Positions 1 through 14,094 of a DNA stretch of 64,000 nt are shown one piece after another. This DNA is from Chrysomallon squamiferum (lineage: Eukaryota; Animalia; Mollusca), in the NCBI GenBank assembly GCA_012295275.1, contig CM022677.1, forward strand, positions 62,001 to 126,000. The letters run 5' to 3'. Position numbers and translations under genes: made by a program. Every line of letters starts with the position of its first letter. Positions within the stretch are counted from its first letter, which is position 1. The notes under the pieces are model-generated. The model did no database searches. It was not told where the DNA came from and saw only the letters and a list, made by a program, of their open reading frames with translations.

Positions 1-701
1 TGTTACACATCGCTACACAAATAAAGTATGTACTTATTGATTTGATGTAGTTAATAAGTAAATGAAAACATATAAAAAGAAAACATATAAATAAATAAAT
101 AAATTAATAAATCAATAGATACATAAATAAAATAAAGAAGCTATGAGTTTAACCTTTAATAAGTGTCGTAAGAAATGTGTTAAGAAATAGTTGATAATAT
201 GAAAGCGATTCATGTCGAACATTAAACTTTATTACACACAGTGTCGTGAGAGAGTGACATTTCATTTTATATCAAAAACAGATTACAATGATCACTACCT
301 TCACGTGTGTGAAAGTGACTGAAGGAAATGCAATGTTATTTAAATAAACGCAGTGTTATTTAAATAAACTGGTTCATGTTCAGAATAGAATCTGTCGCCT
401 GAATTCAGAGAGAGATAAAACCTATGTGTTTACACTGCTATGTTTGTTAGTTTTCTCTGACTGAATTACATAAGTCTAAAAATATCGTGTTTATAACACT
501 CGTAGCGATTATACAAGAACAGCTGTGTTTAACAGAGTCGAGTATTTCAATGTGTCTGTCCGACTGCGTGCATAAAATAATACAAGGCACTTAAAATAAT
601 AATAATAATACAAATAAAATAATAATAATAATAATAATAATCATTTTTACGATCATCATCATCATCATCATAATAATGCCGTTTCTGAGTTGTAAATATA
701 T

Positions 702-778
<77 letters not shown>

Positions 779-812
779 ACTAGATAAATAACACATCAAC
801 AAGAATGCAGTT

Positions 813-863
<51 letters not shown>

Positions 864-1129
864 GTTTAAAGTAGGAGATGTTTGTGTTGAATACAGAACA
901 GAAAATCACGAATATCAGAATATTCCGATAAATGTAACCATGGTTACCTCTAAGCCTCCGTATTTCACTGTTGTTAGTTATATACTGATCACATGATTCG
1001 TTTTTCCATGTAAACCTGACATCATCGTTTGTGTTGTTTGTTGACATGTAAAAAACATTGTTCCGTTTTATTTCCCTCAGTTGTGACTGTCTGCGGACCA
1101 CTTGATATACAAAGCAGTACCAATGTTTA

Positions 1130-2020
1130 TTAATAGCAGTAGTAGTAATAGTAGCGGTAGCAGCTGTAGTAGCAGTAGCAGTAGTAGTAGCAGTAGTAGT
1201 GCAGTACCGATGTCAATTTCACCTTAAACAGTGCTGTTGTTGTTGTACTGAAAGAAATAAAGAGGCATGCCTGTGTGTCTACGTCACTCTACTATAATAA
1301 TAATAGTAACAGTAACAATAATAATAACAATAACAATAATAATAACAACAACGACGACGTTGATGATGATGATAGTAATAATAATAATAACAATAACAGC
1401 AACAGTAACTGTAACAATAACAACAATAATTATGGTGATGACGATGATGACGGCGACGACGACAACAACAACAATAACAACAACAACAACAACAGCAACA
1501 ACAACAATAATAATAATAGCACTGGATGGATCAAACCCCGACAGCTTTTTTCCTTTTCTCTCCTCCGCCGAGTGGGGCCGAGCAGAGCCGAGCTGAGCTG
1601 AGGTGGGTTCCCATGGCAGCGCTGAGAAGAAGGTTAGAAAACTGGGTCGCGGTACTCGCTAACGATGTCCATTGCATTTTAAACACGTCACCAAAACAAA
1701 AAATTTAAAAAAAGCAATGACAATGACACATTACAGTTCATCACCACGAAAAACGAAACGCTGTTCACTACAACAACAACAAAAATAATAATGCTAATTT
1801 CATATAAAATGACTCTGAACGCAGAATAACTACGAGACCCTTTCCGATAAAACACCATTCTATTATTATCACTACTACAACAACAACTACTACTGCTACT
1901 ACTACTGCTACTCCTACTCCTGCTACTCTATTGCTTGCTACTGCTACTAATACTAATACCACTACCGCTACCACTACTACAACAACAACAACAAAAGCTA
2001 CTACTACTACTACAACTATG
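1130..2020. repeat. Compound trinucleotide microsatellites (AGT/AAT/AAC/GAT/ACT)
   Basis: Directly visible. Representative of dozens of (AG)n, (AT)n, (AAT)n, (AAAT)n and (AC)n tracts across the window, e.g. 813-860, 6676-6783, 8623-8700, 13399-13512, 18324-18440, 26496-26572, 33264-33342, 41415-41535, 54568-54655, 63652-63741. Confidence 0.95.
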
Positions 2021-2719
2021 TATTGATTTATTTATTGATTAGTGAGCTCAAAATGAGAGAAATAAAATCATGTCACAAAATCAAAGAGATAAAATAAAAT
2101 CAGGTTATTTAAATTAAATTAAATTTACATAGTCTTCTTCAGATTGTTTGTGAAAATTTCAGGTGATTTTCTAACTTTGATTTTGTTTTTATTTTATTTC
2201 TCTCATTCTGAACTCACCAGAGTAAGTTTCCAGGTATGGACACATCAAGGTATTATATAATTAATTTATAGCCATACAAAACTAATATAAGTAAAAAGTA
2301 AATGTAAAGCATATCTTCAGAACAGCTGTAGTTTTGGAGTCATGCTGAAATACTGTTAAATTACGTTTTGAAATATTTTATCTGTTGAATTTTCAGTTAT
2401 TAATATTATTAGTCCAGTATTACTAAGTTAAAACATCTTGGATTTACTGAACAAACAAACAAAAAAATAACCCACTAGAACCCCCCCAAAATGTAAATAA
2501 AATTATAAAATATTAAAATAATTCTAAAAAAAAAAACTTGAACAAAAGAAGATATTTAAAAAAACAACAACAAAAAAGCAACAAAAAAACAAAACAAACA
2601 AACAACAATAACAAACCAACAGCTTATAATCATTGCATAACTATAATCATTAAAGATTTGACTATTTGTTTATTTTTAACTGACTATTTGAGTTAGAAGT
2701 GTTACATGTTATTGTTTCA

Positions 2720-3230
2720 GTTCTGTCTGTGTACAAAACTCAAAATTAATCTAAGAATACATCTGTGTGTATATGTTTGTGTGCATACACACAGCCACAG
2801 AGAAATTAAATATTTAATCATGATAAAATTTTAACTGAAAATAAAATGAAAACTGATGTGAAAACCTGCTACCAGACTGTGTCACTGTTTTGTTTTACTG
2901 TTTTGGTTGTTCATATATATTTGTATGTGTTTATGTGTGTGTTAATATTATTATCAGTATAAATCAGTAGAATATAAATAATTACGAACTGTATGAACAG
3001 AAATATTACAGTGTTTTCAGGATGCAATCTGATACCATGAACCTATTTCATCAAATGTCCCTCACTTAGTTGTTCACTTAATAGTTATCTAATGAATGAT
3101 TTCACAAACAGATTGTACTCCTAGACAACTGTAGATGTAGTAAGCACAGTAAACTTAAAAGCTGACTCTAAGAGCACATGGATTTAAGACAGCAACAAAT
3201 TAGGCTTAATGAGGTTTTATAGTATTTATT
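2720..3230 (+). pseudogene. Heavily degraded DEAH-box helicase fragment (possibly DHX8-like)
   Basis: CAYTQPQR (~2778-2801) resembles motif Ia (IGCTQPRR). After acceptor ttttcag (3020), YS*TTVDVVSTVNLKAD has the spacing of YAIIMLDEAHERTIHTD. It is followed at ~3615-3740 by the same tail sequence found downstream of the DHX8 copies. Confidence 0.4.
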
Positions 3231-3279
3231 TATTTACTTATTTATTTATTTATCTTCATCTTTATCTTTATTATTATTA

Positions 3280-3329
<50 letters not shown>

Positions 3330-3779
3330 GAAAATATTATAAGACTTTACAGTTTACATTTATTTGTTAATATATAAATAGTTCATTGTTTATTTAACAC
3401 ATACTGCACTATGACATGCTATTTAAACTCTTAGTTGTCATGACAAAGAAAATGTTTGTTCACTTATAATTAATAGTTTGTATTTATTTATATATAAATT
3501 TCTCAGTTATTCTGGCAATTAATAATACTAACACTAATGGTATAAATAATAATAACAGCAAAAATTACAATAAAATTCTAGTAAAAGAACAATAAAATAT
3601 ATTTATGTGCTGTTTGAAAGATAAAATCAGAATTTTGAAATTTACTTAATGAATAATTTACAAATTACATTGTCCGACAAGTTATTTATACCTTTTTATA
3701 TTTGTTAGAAACACGTCTTCGTATACCTTTTTATTTTATGTTATATATAAATAGATAAGAGCTTTATTTTTTAGACTGA

Positions 3780-4194
3780 TACATAGAGACATATTTAGAT
3801 TTAGGTGGATAGATAGACTGATATCTGTAAGGGTAAGAAAGTGCATATTTGTTTTTTGTATTCTAATGAATGAATATATACATATGTGTGTGAAAGAGAG
3901 TTGTCTTCTACTTGTATTTTTGAGATATTGGGTGGGTATGTGAATTGGAATGTAAGATTAATGATATATATGTGTGTATGTGTCAAACGTTCTGCTGAGT
4001 GATTGTGTGATAGAGAGAATGGGTAGCTAATTTGATTGACAGACACACAGAAAGATAGGCATATGGATAGGACATTGATGGATGGTTATAAATGGATCAA
4101 TTATGTGAATGGATAAAAAAGAAATTAGATAAGACATAGATATATATAGGTAGCTGGGTTGGTTGATATTAGATACAGAGATAGATACACTGTG

Positions 4195-4252
<58 letters not shown>

Positions 4253-6150
4253 AGAGAGAGAATGAACATAAACATAATGTGAAAATGTGTGTTCTATGTT
4301 TTTGAGAGGATGGATAATCAAATGTGAAAGGAAGATTCAATATATAGCGTGTATATGTTTAAAAAAGTTTGGTTCTGTGTGTTAGTGTGCCAGGCAGTCG
4401 GTTTATATATCTGACTGTTTTTAGATTGTCAGATATAGAAAGAAACGGATACTTTAAGATGATTTTATAGACATAGTTAGACATATAGGTACGAAGTCAG
4501 GGAGAGTTTTAGAAGATTAATGGATATTTACTGATAGTTAGGAATGTAGATGAAAAGAGAAGATAAGAATAGAAGGATGAAAAAATATATAGGTAGGTGA
4601 GTAGGTTCGTAGGGTGATATATAGAACTGATAGATAAGTAGACAGATAGCCAGACAGGTAGATAGTACGTATATTCACAGAAACAAGCCCTTGCTTATGA
4701 AATGTGTATGTTTCTAGAATTGTGTTATAGAGAGAGATTGGATATATACTTGTCTGCTAAAGAGGGTGTGATTGTGTATGATTTTTTGAGAGAGAGAGAG
4801 GGATAGGTAATATTCAGAAATACAGCTGGACATGCAGATAGACTGATAAATACATGTATATGTGTAAGAAAGTGTTTATATATGTGTGTGTGTGAGTGTG
4901 TGTGTGGTGTAAATGTGCATGTGATTGTGTTTATGTATGTGTATGTGATGGTGTGTGCATGTGTGATTGGTGTCTGTGTGTGTGATTGTGTGGTGTGTGT
5001 TTGCGTGTGTGTGGTTGTGTGGTTGTGTGCGTGTGTGTGTTGTGTGTGTGTGTGTGGTGTGTGTATGTGAGTATGATTGTGTGTTTCTGTGTGTATGATT
5101 CTTTGTGTGTTTTTTGTGTGTGTATGACTGTGTGTATGTTCAAGAGAAAGAATAGCTTTACTGATTAGTGTGAATGGGAGTTTGTTTATGTATGTGCAGG
5201 TGTGTGATTGTGTGAGTGTTTGTGTGTGTGATTGTATTTATATGTGTTTATTTATATAGATAGTTTTATTGACTGCTGCGAATGTGAGTTTTTTAATGTA
5301 TGTGTATGACAGAGGGTGTGTATACATATGTGAAACAGAGTGAGTATATGTGTATGAATGTATAAGTAAGTGTTGATGGGTATGTTTATTGAGAACACGA
5401 TAATTTATAAATATAAGTGCTCTTTCAAACTGTGACATACAGATATATCTAGTTAGATCGACATATGTAGACATAGATAGGTAGATAGAGTAAAATGTAT
5501 AGATAGAAACATGTAGAGGGAAAGATAGACACAACATCTATATAAATATGTAGGTAGCTATACAGAGAAACATGTAGATAGACTGAAAGATAAACAGACA
5601 GATATATAGATAGGCAGGTAGTTAGATAGGTAGATATATAGACATAGATAGATATTAAGATAAACTGTGACACATAGACAGACATACAGATATTTAGGTA
5701 GTTAGGTAGGTACATAGGTGTACAGTCATAACCATATGTATAAGAAACATTTTGTATTTGTTTCTCAGTTTGTGTTGTGGAGAGAGAAGGAATATAGATA
5801 TACATGTGAGAGTGGGAATGTGAGATTTGTCTTTGTGTTTGTGTTGAGGTACAGTTTGTGTATAAGTAAATGTGAAACAAGGAGTGTATGTTGTGAAAAA
5901 TGTGAGTATTTGTCTTTGTGTACTAGTCCGAGTGCAAAACACTGTTCCTTGTATAAGTGATTTTGAGAGAAGGATAGGTAGAGTGAATGTTAGATATAGT
6001 CAGACTGACAGATCTGTGTGTTTCGGCGCATCTGTGTTTATTAGAGAGATAGGTACCTAGTGAGGTAGATAGATATGTAGATATATACACAACAGTTATA
6101 TGTGTCTGTGAAATGAGAATGGGTATACCATGTAAATTAGTGTGGATAGA
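3780..6150. repeat. Degenerate (GATA/GACA/GT)n low-complexity field
   Basis: Continuous mosaic of atagat, gacag and gtgt units, strongly C-poor on the + strand. Confidence 0.75.
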
Positions 6151-6674
6151 AGAACTGTTTGTTATCACAATGTCAACATATTCATTGTATGAAAACATCA
6201 TTAGTTATATGCCAGTGCGCTAAAAATATATTTCACACCTTAGTTTATTACTGTATGTGCATCTCAAAAAAGTAATAAAGTGAATAATAAAAAATATATA
6301 TATATATATTTTACATGTAAGTTGTTTCTACCTAGTTTCACTGTCTGAAAGCATAGCCCATAGCATCCCTGTGGTTAGCTCAATGTTCCATTGGGCCTGT
6401 CAAACACTATATTATAATAAAGAGTGTGAACAGTTTTGTTATCAACCGCTATGAAGCTGCTGTTTTTCTGTTTATAACGACTATTTAATCAAATTATTTT
6501 TATTTGTCACAGATATTCCACAAAATGGTTGGTTGATAATGGAGTTACTGGAACTGTGACAATGCCTGTCTCACGAATGTTTCATTTGATGTCTGCTTGT
6601 AAACTGCTATTAGTTTTATCATTCTTCATTCTCTGTAAGTGTATATTTATATTACTCCCATCCCTCTTGTTAAA

Positions 6675-6784
<110 letters not shown>

Positions 6785-6858
6785 AACATTTCCATATGAC
6801 CATGGAATTTAACGGAATTATTAATAAGATGTCTACCATTTTCTTCATTCTTTTTTTT

Positions 6859-6890
<32 letters not shown>

Positions 6891-7280
6891 TACCAATTTA
6901 TTTATTTATTTATTTTTGTCTCTTTTAAACAATATACACATCAAATAAATTATAATAAAATGACATGTCTTGTATTTCGAAATGCTTTGCTTTTAACAGC
7001 ACAGAAATTTGCAGAAAATTCAGATGACGAGACATTGTTTTATTAATACACAATTTTCATATACTGATATTTCGAAATGGCGCAACAAACCATACACCCC
7101 TCAAAAATCAGGCAAAATGTAATGTCCCATTTCTAATAAACATACGTTCATAGAAACTTAAGACCTGTATCTGTTTTAATGGAATGCACGAAGTGATAAT
7201 GAAAAGGTACCAGTAACGATAACTCCATCAAGCTTGGTTCACACTACAGCTGCAGTGTTTTCAATGCAGTTTGATTGACC

Positions 7281-7351
<71 letters not shown>

Positions 7352-8619
7352 TTGATATATGAAATAATAACATCTCAAAACAGTGAGATTTTGTACTGTA
7401 TCGGCTAAATGAATCACGATAAGAATGAGCTAACTGAAAAGCTATGAAAGCAACGAAGTGACACATTTTATTATTCATATTGGCCTTTACGATGTTTTTA
7501 TAGTCTTTCTTTTCAGATAGCTTGGTTGTACAAAATTTCAGTATAGGGTGCGCATAAAAGTGTGACAAAGAGGTCAGAACTGACAAAAGGATTATGTAGG
7601 CCAGCGTGCTTACACAGAGGGTTGTACTATGCGGATACAAAGAGTGTATGATGATAGGCTGTTCAGTCAGTTTTGCAGGTGCGTCAAACAACTTTTTCAT
7701 TTAGTTTCAGATTTCTTATATTTCAATCATTAATGTGTTGTCTTTAGTTTATCTTGTTACAACGCAGTTGATAGCCTGTTTTTATTCAGACGTACAAACA
7801 CGGATAAGCAAGACACAAACTATTTTTTACTGTATAAGTCTATGACATATCTAATCAATATTTCAAACATAGATAATGAACTTCTGAGTTAACTCCCCTT
7901 TATGTATACGTAAGAGTTTATTAATATATAAATAAATATTAATGTACCAAAGAAGGCCTCCATGGACTGATCTGTGTTCTTGTAATGAGCATTACTAATA
8001 TATCCTGTGTATAATGGTACATACTGTGAAAGTCACTACGTATGTGAGGCTCCCACTAGTAATGCACAGCATTTTTATCTAATCATAAATGTAACTTGAA
8101 AACTAATTGTAACGTGAATAAAACAATAATTTTAGCTTTAGTTGTATTACTTAATATTACCAGTGTATAAAACAACCGTATCATAATTAGAACGATTTTG
8201 TCCAATATAATATCATCACCTAAATGCTAAAAGATTAATCCCATGTTATAGCAGGTCGTAAACTTAACATTAATTTCACTTGATACTGAATTAGCCATTA
8301 CTCTGTTGATATTTTCACTAATCGTAAATAAAACCAAAACCCTAACTCTAAATCTAATCTGAACCAGCATTGAACTAACTGTACCTGTACCCATAATCAG
8401 GTGTCTTAATTCGTTACATACAGTATAGTGCATACCATGGTTTGTTTCACTCTAGCCATGCTTACTGACTTTAAAGACACCGACAAGGATTCATTCGATC
8501 ATCTGTCTGTACGTAAGACAGAAACAAGAAAATAGAAATGAATGAATGAATGAATAAACAAACCAACAAAGAAAAAAGATAAATAAAACTATAATAAAAG
8601 AAGAACAACAACAACAATG

Positions 8620-8703
<84 letters not shown>

Positions 8704-9228
8704 TATGAAGCACACTCTACAAACAAGATGTACAGAGTTGTAAAATGTATCTCATGTCTCAGTTTCTTAGAAAAGAAAAATGTTTTCAAGAACAACAACT
8801 TTAGTTCATCTTTGCTTACTGTCTCTACACAGGAAAGAAAAAGAGAACAAAAACTAAATGTACAAATTATTATTGACATTTTGTTAATTTATATCTCATA
8901 CCTACATAAATGAACAAACTAACAGTGCAAATGTTATGTCTAACAAATATTACACAGAACATAATTTACTTAGATATTTATTTTACATAAATCTTAACAA
9001 GAAAATTGATAAATGAATCCAGTTTATATACTTATTATACGTATCTGATTGGCAGAAATCAATCCATTAGAAAGAAAAATTTGAAATAAATTCAAGTGTC
9101 TATGATGTCATCAATGCTGTCTGACGTCATCAGCAATACAAAACGTAATATAAATAAATAAATAAATAAAAATAAAAATGTTAGCCTAGTCATAACCAAA
9201 ACTGAGAGTATTTGAATGATGTTGTTTT

Positions 9229-9792
9229 TTACACTAAAAATAACAAAGCAGGTATTTGTCCGTGTCTCACCCATGTACGAAGTCGTCTGTCACTGTGTTT
9301 AGATTTGTGTGACTGAGAAAATCTACAAACAAAAGAGTCTACAACAATTTCTGATTCACGATCTTCTCCGCACTTTGGGTTTTCATCTCCGCATCCTGAG
9401 AGTTCATCATACGACCCCGAGTCATCATCTTTCCGCCATGAGTCATCATCTCCACACCATGACTTTCCTCCATTAATAGTAACAAACAAGCTGTACTCAG
9501 TATTTTCAGTAATCCTCACTGGACGTCTGAACAGGACGTCATACACGTCAGTCACGACGTGTTCATATCTCTGTGTCAGCGTAGACCCGTAAACTATTTC
9601 GTCTGTTCTTGTGTCGGTGACGAAGGCGCTGACGTCGTAGTTTCGAGGTTCACTATGACCGTACAACTGAAATCCGCGAAGTAAAGCGTTTTTGTTGACA
9701 GAGAAAGTAATGGCGTCATCTTCTTTACCGAAACAGAACCAGTAACCAAGATCAAATCTGTCAAACCGGTTTATTGTAATCTGTTTCATCAT
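9229..9792 (-). CDS. PHR-domain-only ORF, 187 aa from ATG 9792; truncated paralog of the 39077 gene (expressed gene or pseudogene)
   Basis: Open frame closely matching the PHR of the intact gene (AITFSVNKNALLRGFQLYGH, YDVSAFVTDTRTDEI, GQIPALLFLV*). In-frame GCA-ATG-ATG at 9792/9789. Confidence 0.7.
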   Translation of the reverse strand: MMKQITINRFDRFDLGYWFCFGKEDDAITFSVNKNALLRGFQLYGHSEPRNYDVSAFVTDTRTDEIVYGSTLTQRYEHVVTDVYDVLFRRPVRITENTEYSLFVTINGGKSWCGDDDSWRKDDDSGSYDELSGCGDENPKCGEDRESEIVVDSFVCRFSQSHKSKHSDRRLRTWVRHGQIPALLFLV

Positions 9793-9950
9793 TGCAGTCC
9801 TCTTCACCCCTCTTCACCCAGTGTATAAAACTCTTGACTGTTTCTATCTTACTGAGTATGTTTTAGTCGGTGTCACGTGTTCTACAAAATACGTCTGATT
9901 GAGTAACGGATAACGCACGTCTATCACGGCCTCTCCCAGTACTTTACGAT
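9793..9950 (-). pseudogene. Frameshifted remnant of the BACK C-terminus preceding the PHR ORF
   Basis: Reads RKVLGEAVIDVRYPLLNQTYFVEHVTPTK, then after a frameshift ILSKIETVKSFIHWVKRGEED, against REALGEVVKHVRYPLLDLMYFVKHVTPTQILTETEQIKIFKNLVSSDED in the intact copy. Confidence 0.85.
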
Positions 9951-11791
9951 TAAGTTTCTGTGTACAGGTCAGAGTTCTGTTGCAGCGGCTCGCACTGCAG
10001 TGACCAGCTTTCTATATTTATATCTAGCTATGACCTGTACATGGAAATCTTTCAAAAACCAAACAAAATTTTTATATAAAAAATAATCAACCTAAGATAA
10101 TTTCTAACTAGCGACTACTTTCTGTTTAACGCCTGTACTGATCAATACTGCGACCAGAGATCTAGAAATAAACAAATAAAAGATAATGAAAGAAAGAAAA
10201 AAAAATCAGACAAATATATACCAAATCGATAAAAGATAAAAAGAAATACATTATGCTTACACTAGTGATTATTATGATGACGACAACAACAATAATTATT
10301 ATTATAATTATTATTATAATTATTATTATTATACACAGAAATGTCTGGTCAGTCAGGCAAACAATATTTCGCTGCGGCACAAACGATTTTCAAATCGCAA
10401 TGTAAATATAGTGATTTATACACCATTCAACTCCTCGAAAACACAACATAATTAACCAAAATTAAAACAAATCTAAAAAGAAACACTGTATAAAAAAAAT
10501 AATAATAAGTAAGAAAAATAAAGGAACAAGATATGGTGTTTTTAAAGTAGAAAACAATACAAAATACCTTATAATTTTAATTTCCTGATCAACAGTTTCT
10601 TATAAGCGACTATTTTCTGTCTATCGACTCAACTGTAGACCACAGATATCACCAATCTAAGAAGAAACGAAATAAATGAAATAAAATAAAATATAATATA
10701 TAGCAAAAGACGTCAACAAAAAAGGGCAACAATAGGATAGTAGTAGTAGTAATATCATTCTAAAGACTTTAGTAAAGTCAGGTTATACGTAATGCTTCAT
10801 TTAAGTTTAAAAAACCTCACTCTTAAATAATCTACTTTTAGTTATCAAACCCTCCACTGAGAAACACGCTACTGACGTCAAATATCTTATACGTCATCAA
10901 GCGTCACTTTGTTAGGTTTCAGTCTCAGATTAAAATAAACAAATCGTTTTACGAGATATTTGTATACTCATCTTACATACATCTTCTTTACAACAGATAA
11001 CTTTAATTCTAACTCAATAGATTAAGTACTACTAGATTGCATTGCTTATACGTAAGTCATAAAGGTAATTAATAATAATAATAATAATAACAATAATACT
11101 AATAACAACAAAAATAATAATAGCAGCAACAACAAGAACATCAGCAACAACAATAATACAAAATGTTTTTACAGTGTACTAAATATAAGTTTACAGTTTT
11201 ATTTCTCTGACGAAATTTGCATGACAATGTAATCTGCTACTGATTTTGCTTGTTAAGTAGGTCATATAGTATTAGCGTGTCACTGCTACACGAAACACAC
11301 AAAGATATACTCGGGTGTTATTTACAGCGATCTGTCAAGTTAATTGTTAATACACAATCTGCCCATAAGTTTAGAAATAACCCGTGAAAATAAGAAATTA
11401 TTTACATTTGTCAGCATTGTGAGAAGATAAATACTTTCAATAAAGACGATAGACACGCAACAAAGAAATTCGTAAATAGAATATAAAATTAAATGAGATA
11501 ATATTATCACATCCTCTACTGGCACCATCCATATACCAGATGGTAAGAAACATTTTATAGTCGGGACTAGAACATATTTTTTCAAGTTTAAAAAGCCCCA
11601 CGCTATAATACTGTTTGGTATGTGTATATCCATAGCAGCGATAATGTTTATTATTTGTTCTTCTTTTTTTTCTTTTTGGATGTTTTCTATTGTAGATGAA
11701 AACAAATACAATAACAATCCAAGCAACGAATGAAGATAGGAAGAACAAAAAAATGAAAGGAACACACTCAAAGAAAGAAATAAGAAAAAAA

Positions 11792-11844
<53 letters not shown>

Positions 11845-12213
11845 AATTAAATAAATTTGTATAAAATAAAAACAATATACAATACTTTGTAGTTTCAAAA
11901 ATAGTTACCTACCTGAAAAACTTCCTGATCGATAATGTTTTAGAAATGACTTATTTCTTTTTAACGGCTCTACTATTGATCACTGAGATCAGGGATATAT
12001 AAATAAATAAATAAATAAAATGAAATAAAGTAAAAGACTGATGAATATATAGCTTCAGCTGTCAACGACATATTGAATTATATGTAGGTGTTATCAGTGC
12101 TACTACTACTGCTGCTACTACTAGGACCAGTACTACTACTACTGCTACTAGTACCACTATTACTACTACTACTACTGCTAACAGAATAATAATAATTATT
12201 ATAAGGACGATAG

Positions 12214-12249
<36 letters not shown>

Positions 12250-12789
12250 ATAAGTTTATCGATGTATCTCATAAACCAGTGTGGTAGGTATAATGAAAAA
12301 AAAAACAATAATAATAAAAAAAAAAAAACGCCTTTATCAAAATTCACACACAGATTTATAGCCCTGAATAAATAGATTACAAGTTGAATATGTCTGATTT
12401 TTTTTAAGCAAAGCAATAGTACGGCATATATTAAATCGAAATAAGATACACAATACCTTCAAATTTCAAAATGGCCGACAGCTTCTGAATAATGCGTCTT
12501 GTTTGTAAGTGGTTTTCCTAGAATTGACGCCTTCCTGCTTGACAAGGTCACTGAAATGTTGTCTGTGTGTCGCTGTTTACTAAGTCTTCTGCTGATAAGC
12601 ACGTGATTGAAATCAGATATCGAACAAGTCACACCATGTATAGCGGTAGATGCATGGAAAGCTTTTGCATATATATATGTATATTTATTTATTTATTTAT
12701 TTAGTCTGTAAAATATTAGTATTTATTTCTCACGCTCTGCTCTTTCACTGTCACTAGCAAGGTAATTAAAACTTTCAACAGTGGCGGAT

Positions 12790-13060
12790 AAAGACGAACA
12801 ATTCTTGAGCGTGTAAGTTAGTATTTAATGCAGTTATACTCTGGGGAACATTCTCATTAACAAGGATGGAAACATCGCTAAGTTCTCTATTTTTAGTTTC
12901 TTGGAATCCCACGATTATTTCGCGACAAAAGTCCTTTTTCTGTTGTGAAGGAAACACAATTTCTGGGGGTTATATTTCATCTAAAGTGAGCAGAGTATCA
13001 TTAGGAGCAAATAACTTTAATAGAGACTGAACTATTTTCTGTATTGATCTGAAAATATTT
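12790..13060 (-). mobile_element. Non-LTR retrotransposon AP-endonuclease remnant (I/Nimb-like)
   Basis: SDVSILVNENVPQSITALNTNLHA matches the recalled endonuclease motif GGVSILVNENIPQSxxxLNTNLQAVAV. An upstream KYNP..LCFL segment lies in another frame. Confidence 0.65.
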
Positions 13061-13411
13061 TTATGTCCATGTCGAACTGATTTGTATCCGTTCTTCTGAA
13101 ATTCAGACTGTTTGCATGCAAAAGTGAGCAACTCTACAAATTACAATCATCAGAAAGGAAGACGAAATTGAAAATAAAATTAAAAGTAATAGAATTTTAT
13201 ATATATATATATATATCACTGGACTGAGATAATTCACTGTACAAACGGATATTCGTTATTATTTCAGTTCAAACGCGACATTACAGAAATATGTTATTTT
13301 CTCTTCTAAAGAAAAATCACGAATTCATCTGGTCTCTACTGACTGTCATATCCACATTAATTTAATCAGCTTCCTTAAACTGTTTTTAATTGTCCGCTCA
13401 CAACTCCCCCC

Positions 13412-13515
<104 letters not shown>

Positions 13516-14063
13516 CATTGCGCATGCGCAGATGTCTTTTTGTTTATGCACTTAACATAATGTAGTCAGTTGTTTACAATGTGGTACAAACCCGTGTTCG
13601 CTATAGTACAATTTATTCAAACCGGTGTTAGGCTAGAGGATTAGATTAACCTTTTTAGTCGTGTAATTAATTTTATTTCCCAATATAACACTTAATTATT
13701 ATATCATTGTCGTATTTCACACTCTGTTTATGTACAGGATATCCGGATGGTAATATTTATCAATCGTTTTACTGAATAGGGAATTCAATATTATGTCAGC
13801 ACGGCAAATAGCTTGAAAAGTAGACGAAACACAACTGTTTTCTAACTATTTTAATTTAACACATGCTGCAATTACCTTACGTGTTTTATACGAAGGCGTT
13901 ACTTTTCATTAAAATTTTAAATTGCTAAATACAGGCTGTTATACGAGGCGTTTTATAAGATATATAAATAATCAATAGAATAAAAAGCAGGACACAAGTA
14001 TAACGAATGCTTTTAGTCACGTATGCATACTACAGCTCTCTGAGATACACCCACATGTATGGA

Positions 14064-14094
<31 letters not shown>

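Larger units (their letters stand above)
9060..12660 (-). repeat. Inverted segmental duplicate of ~35920-40800
   Basis: Reverse complement aligns by eye in several blocks: caagacgcatta..cggccattttgaaatttgaagg (12455-12502 vs 36061-36106), 11270-11600 vs 36790-37130, and tgtacaggtcatagctagat (10022-10041 vs 38859-38878). The 3' UTR tgacgtcagac is also shared. Confidence 0.9.
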
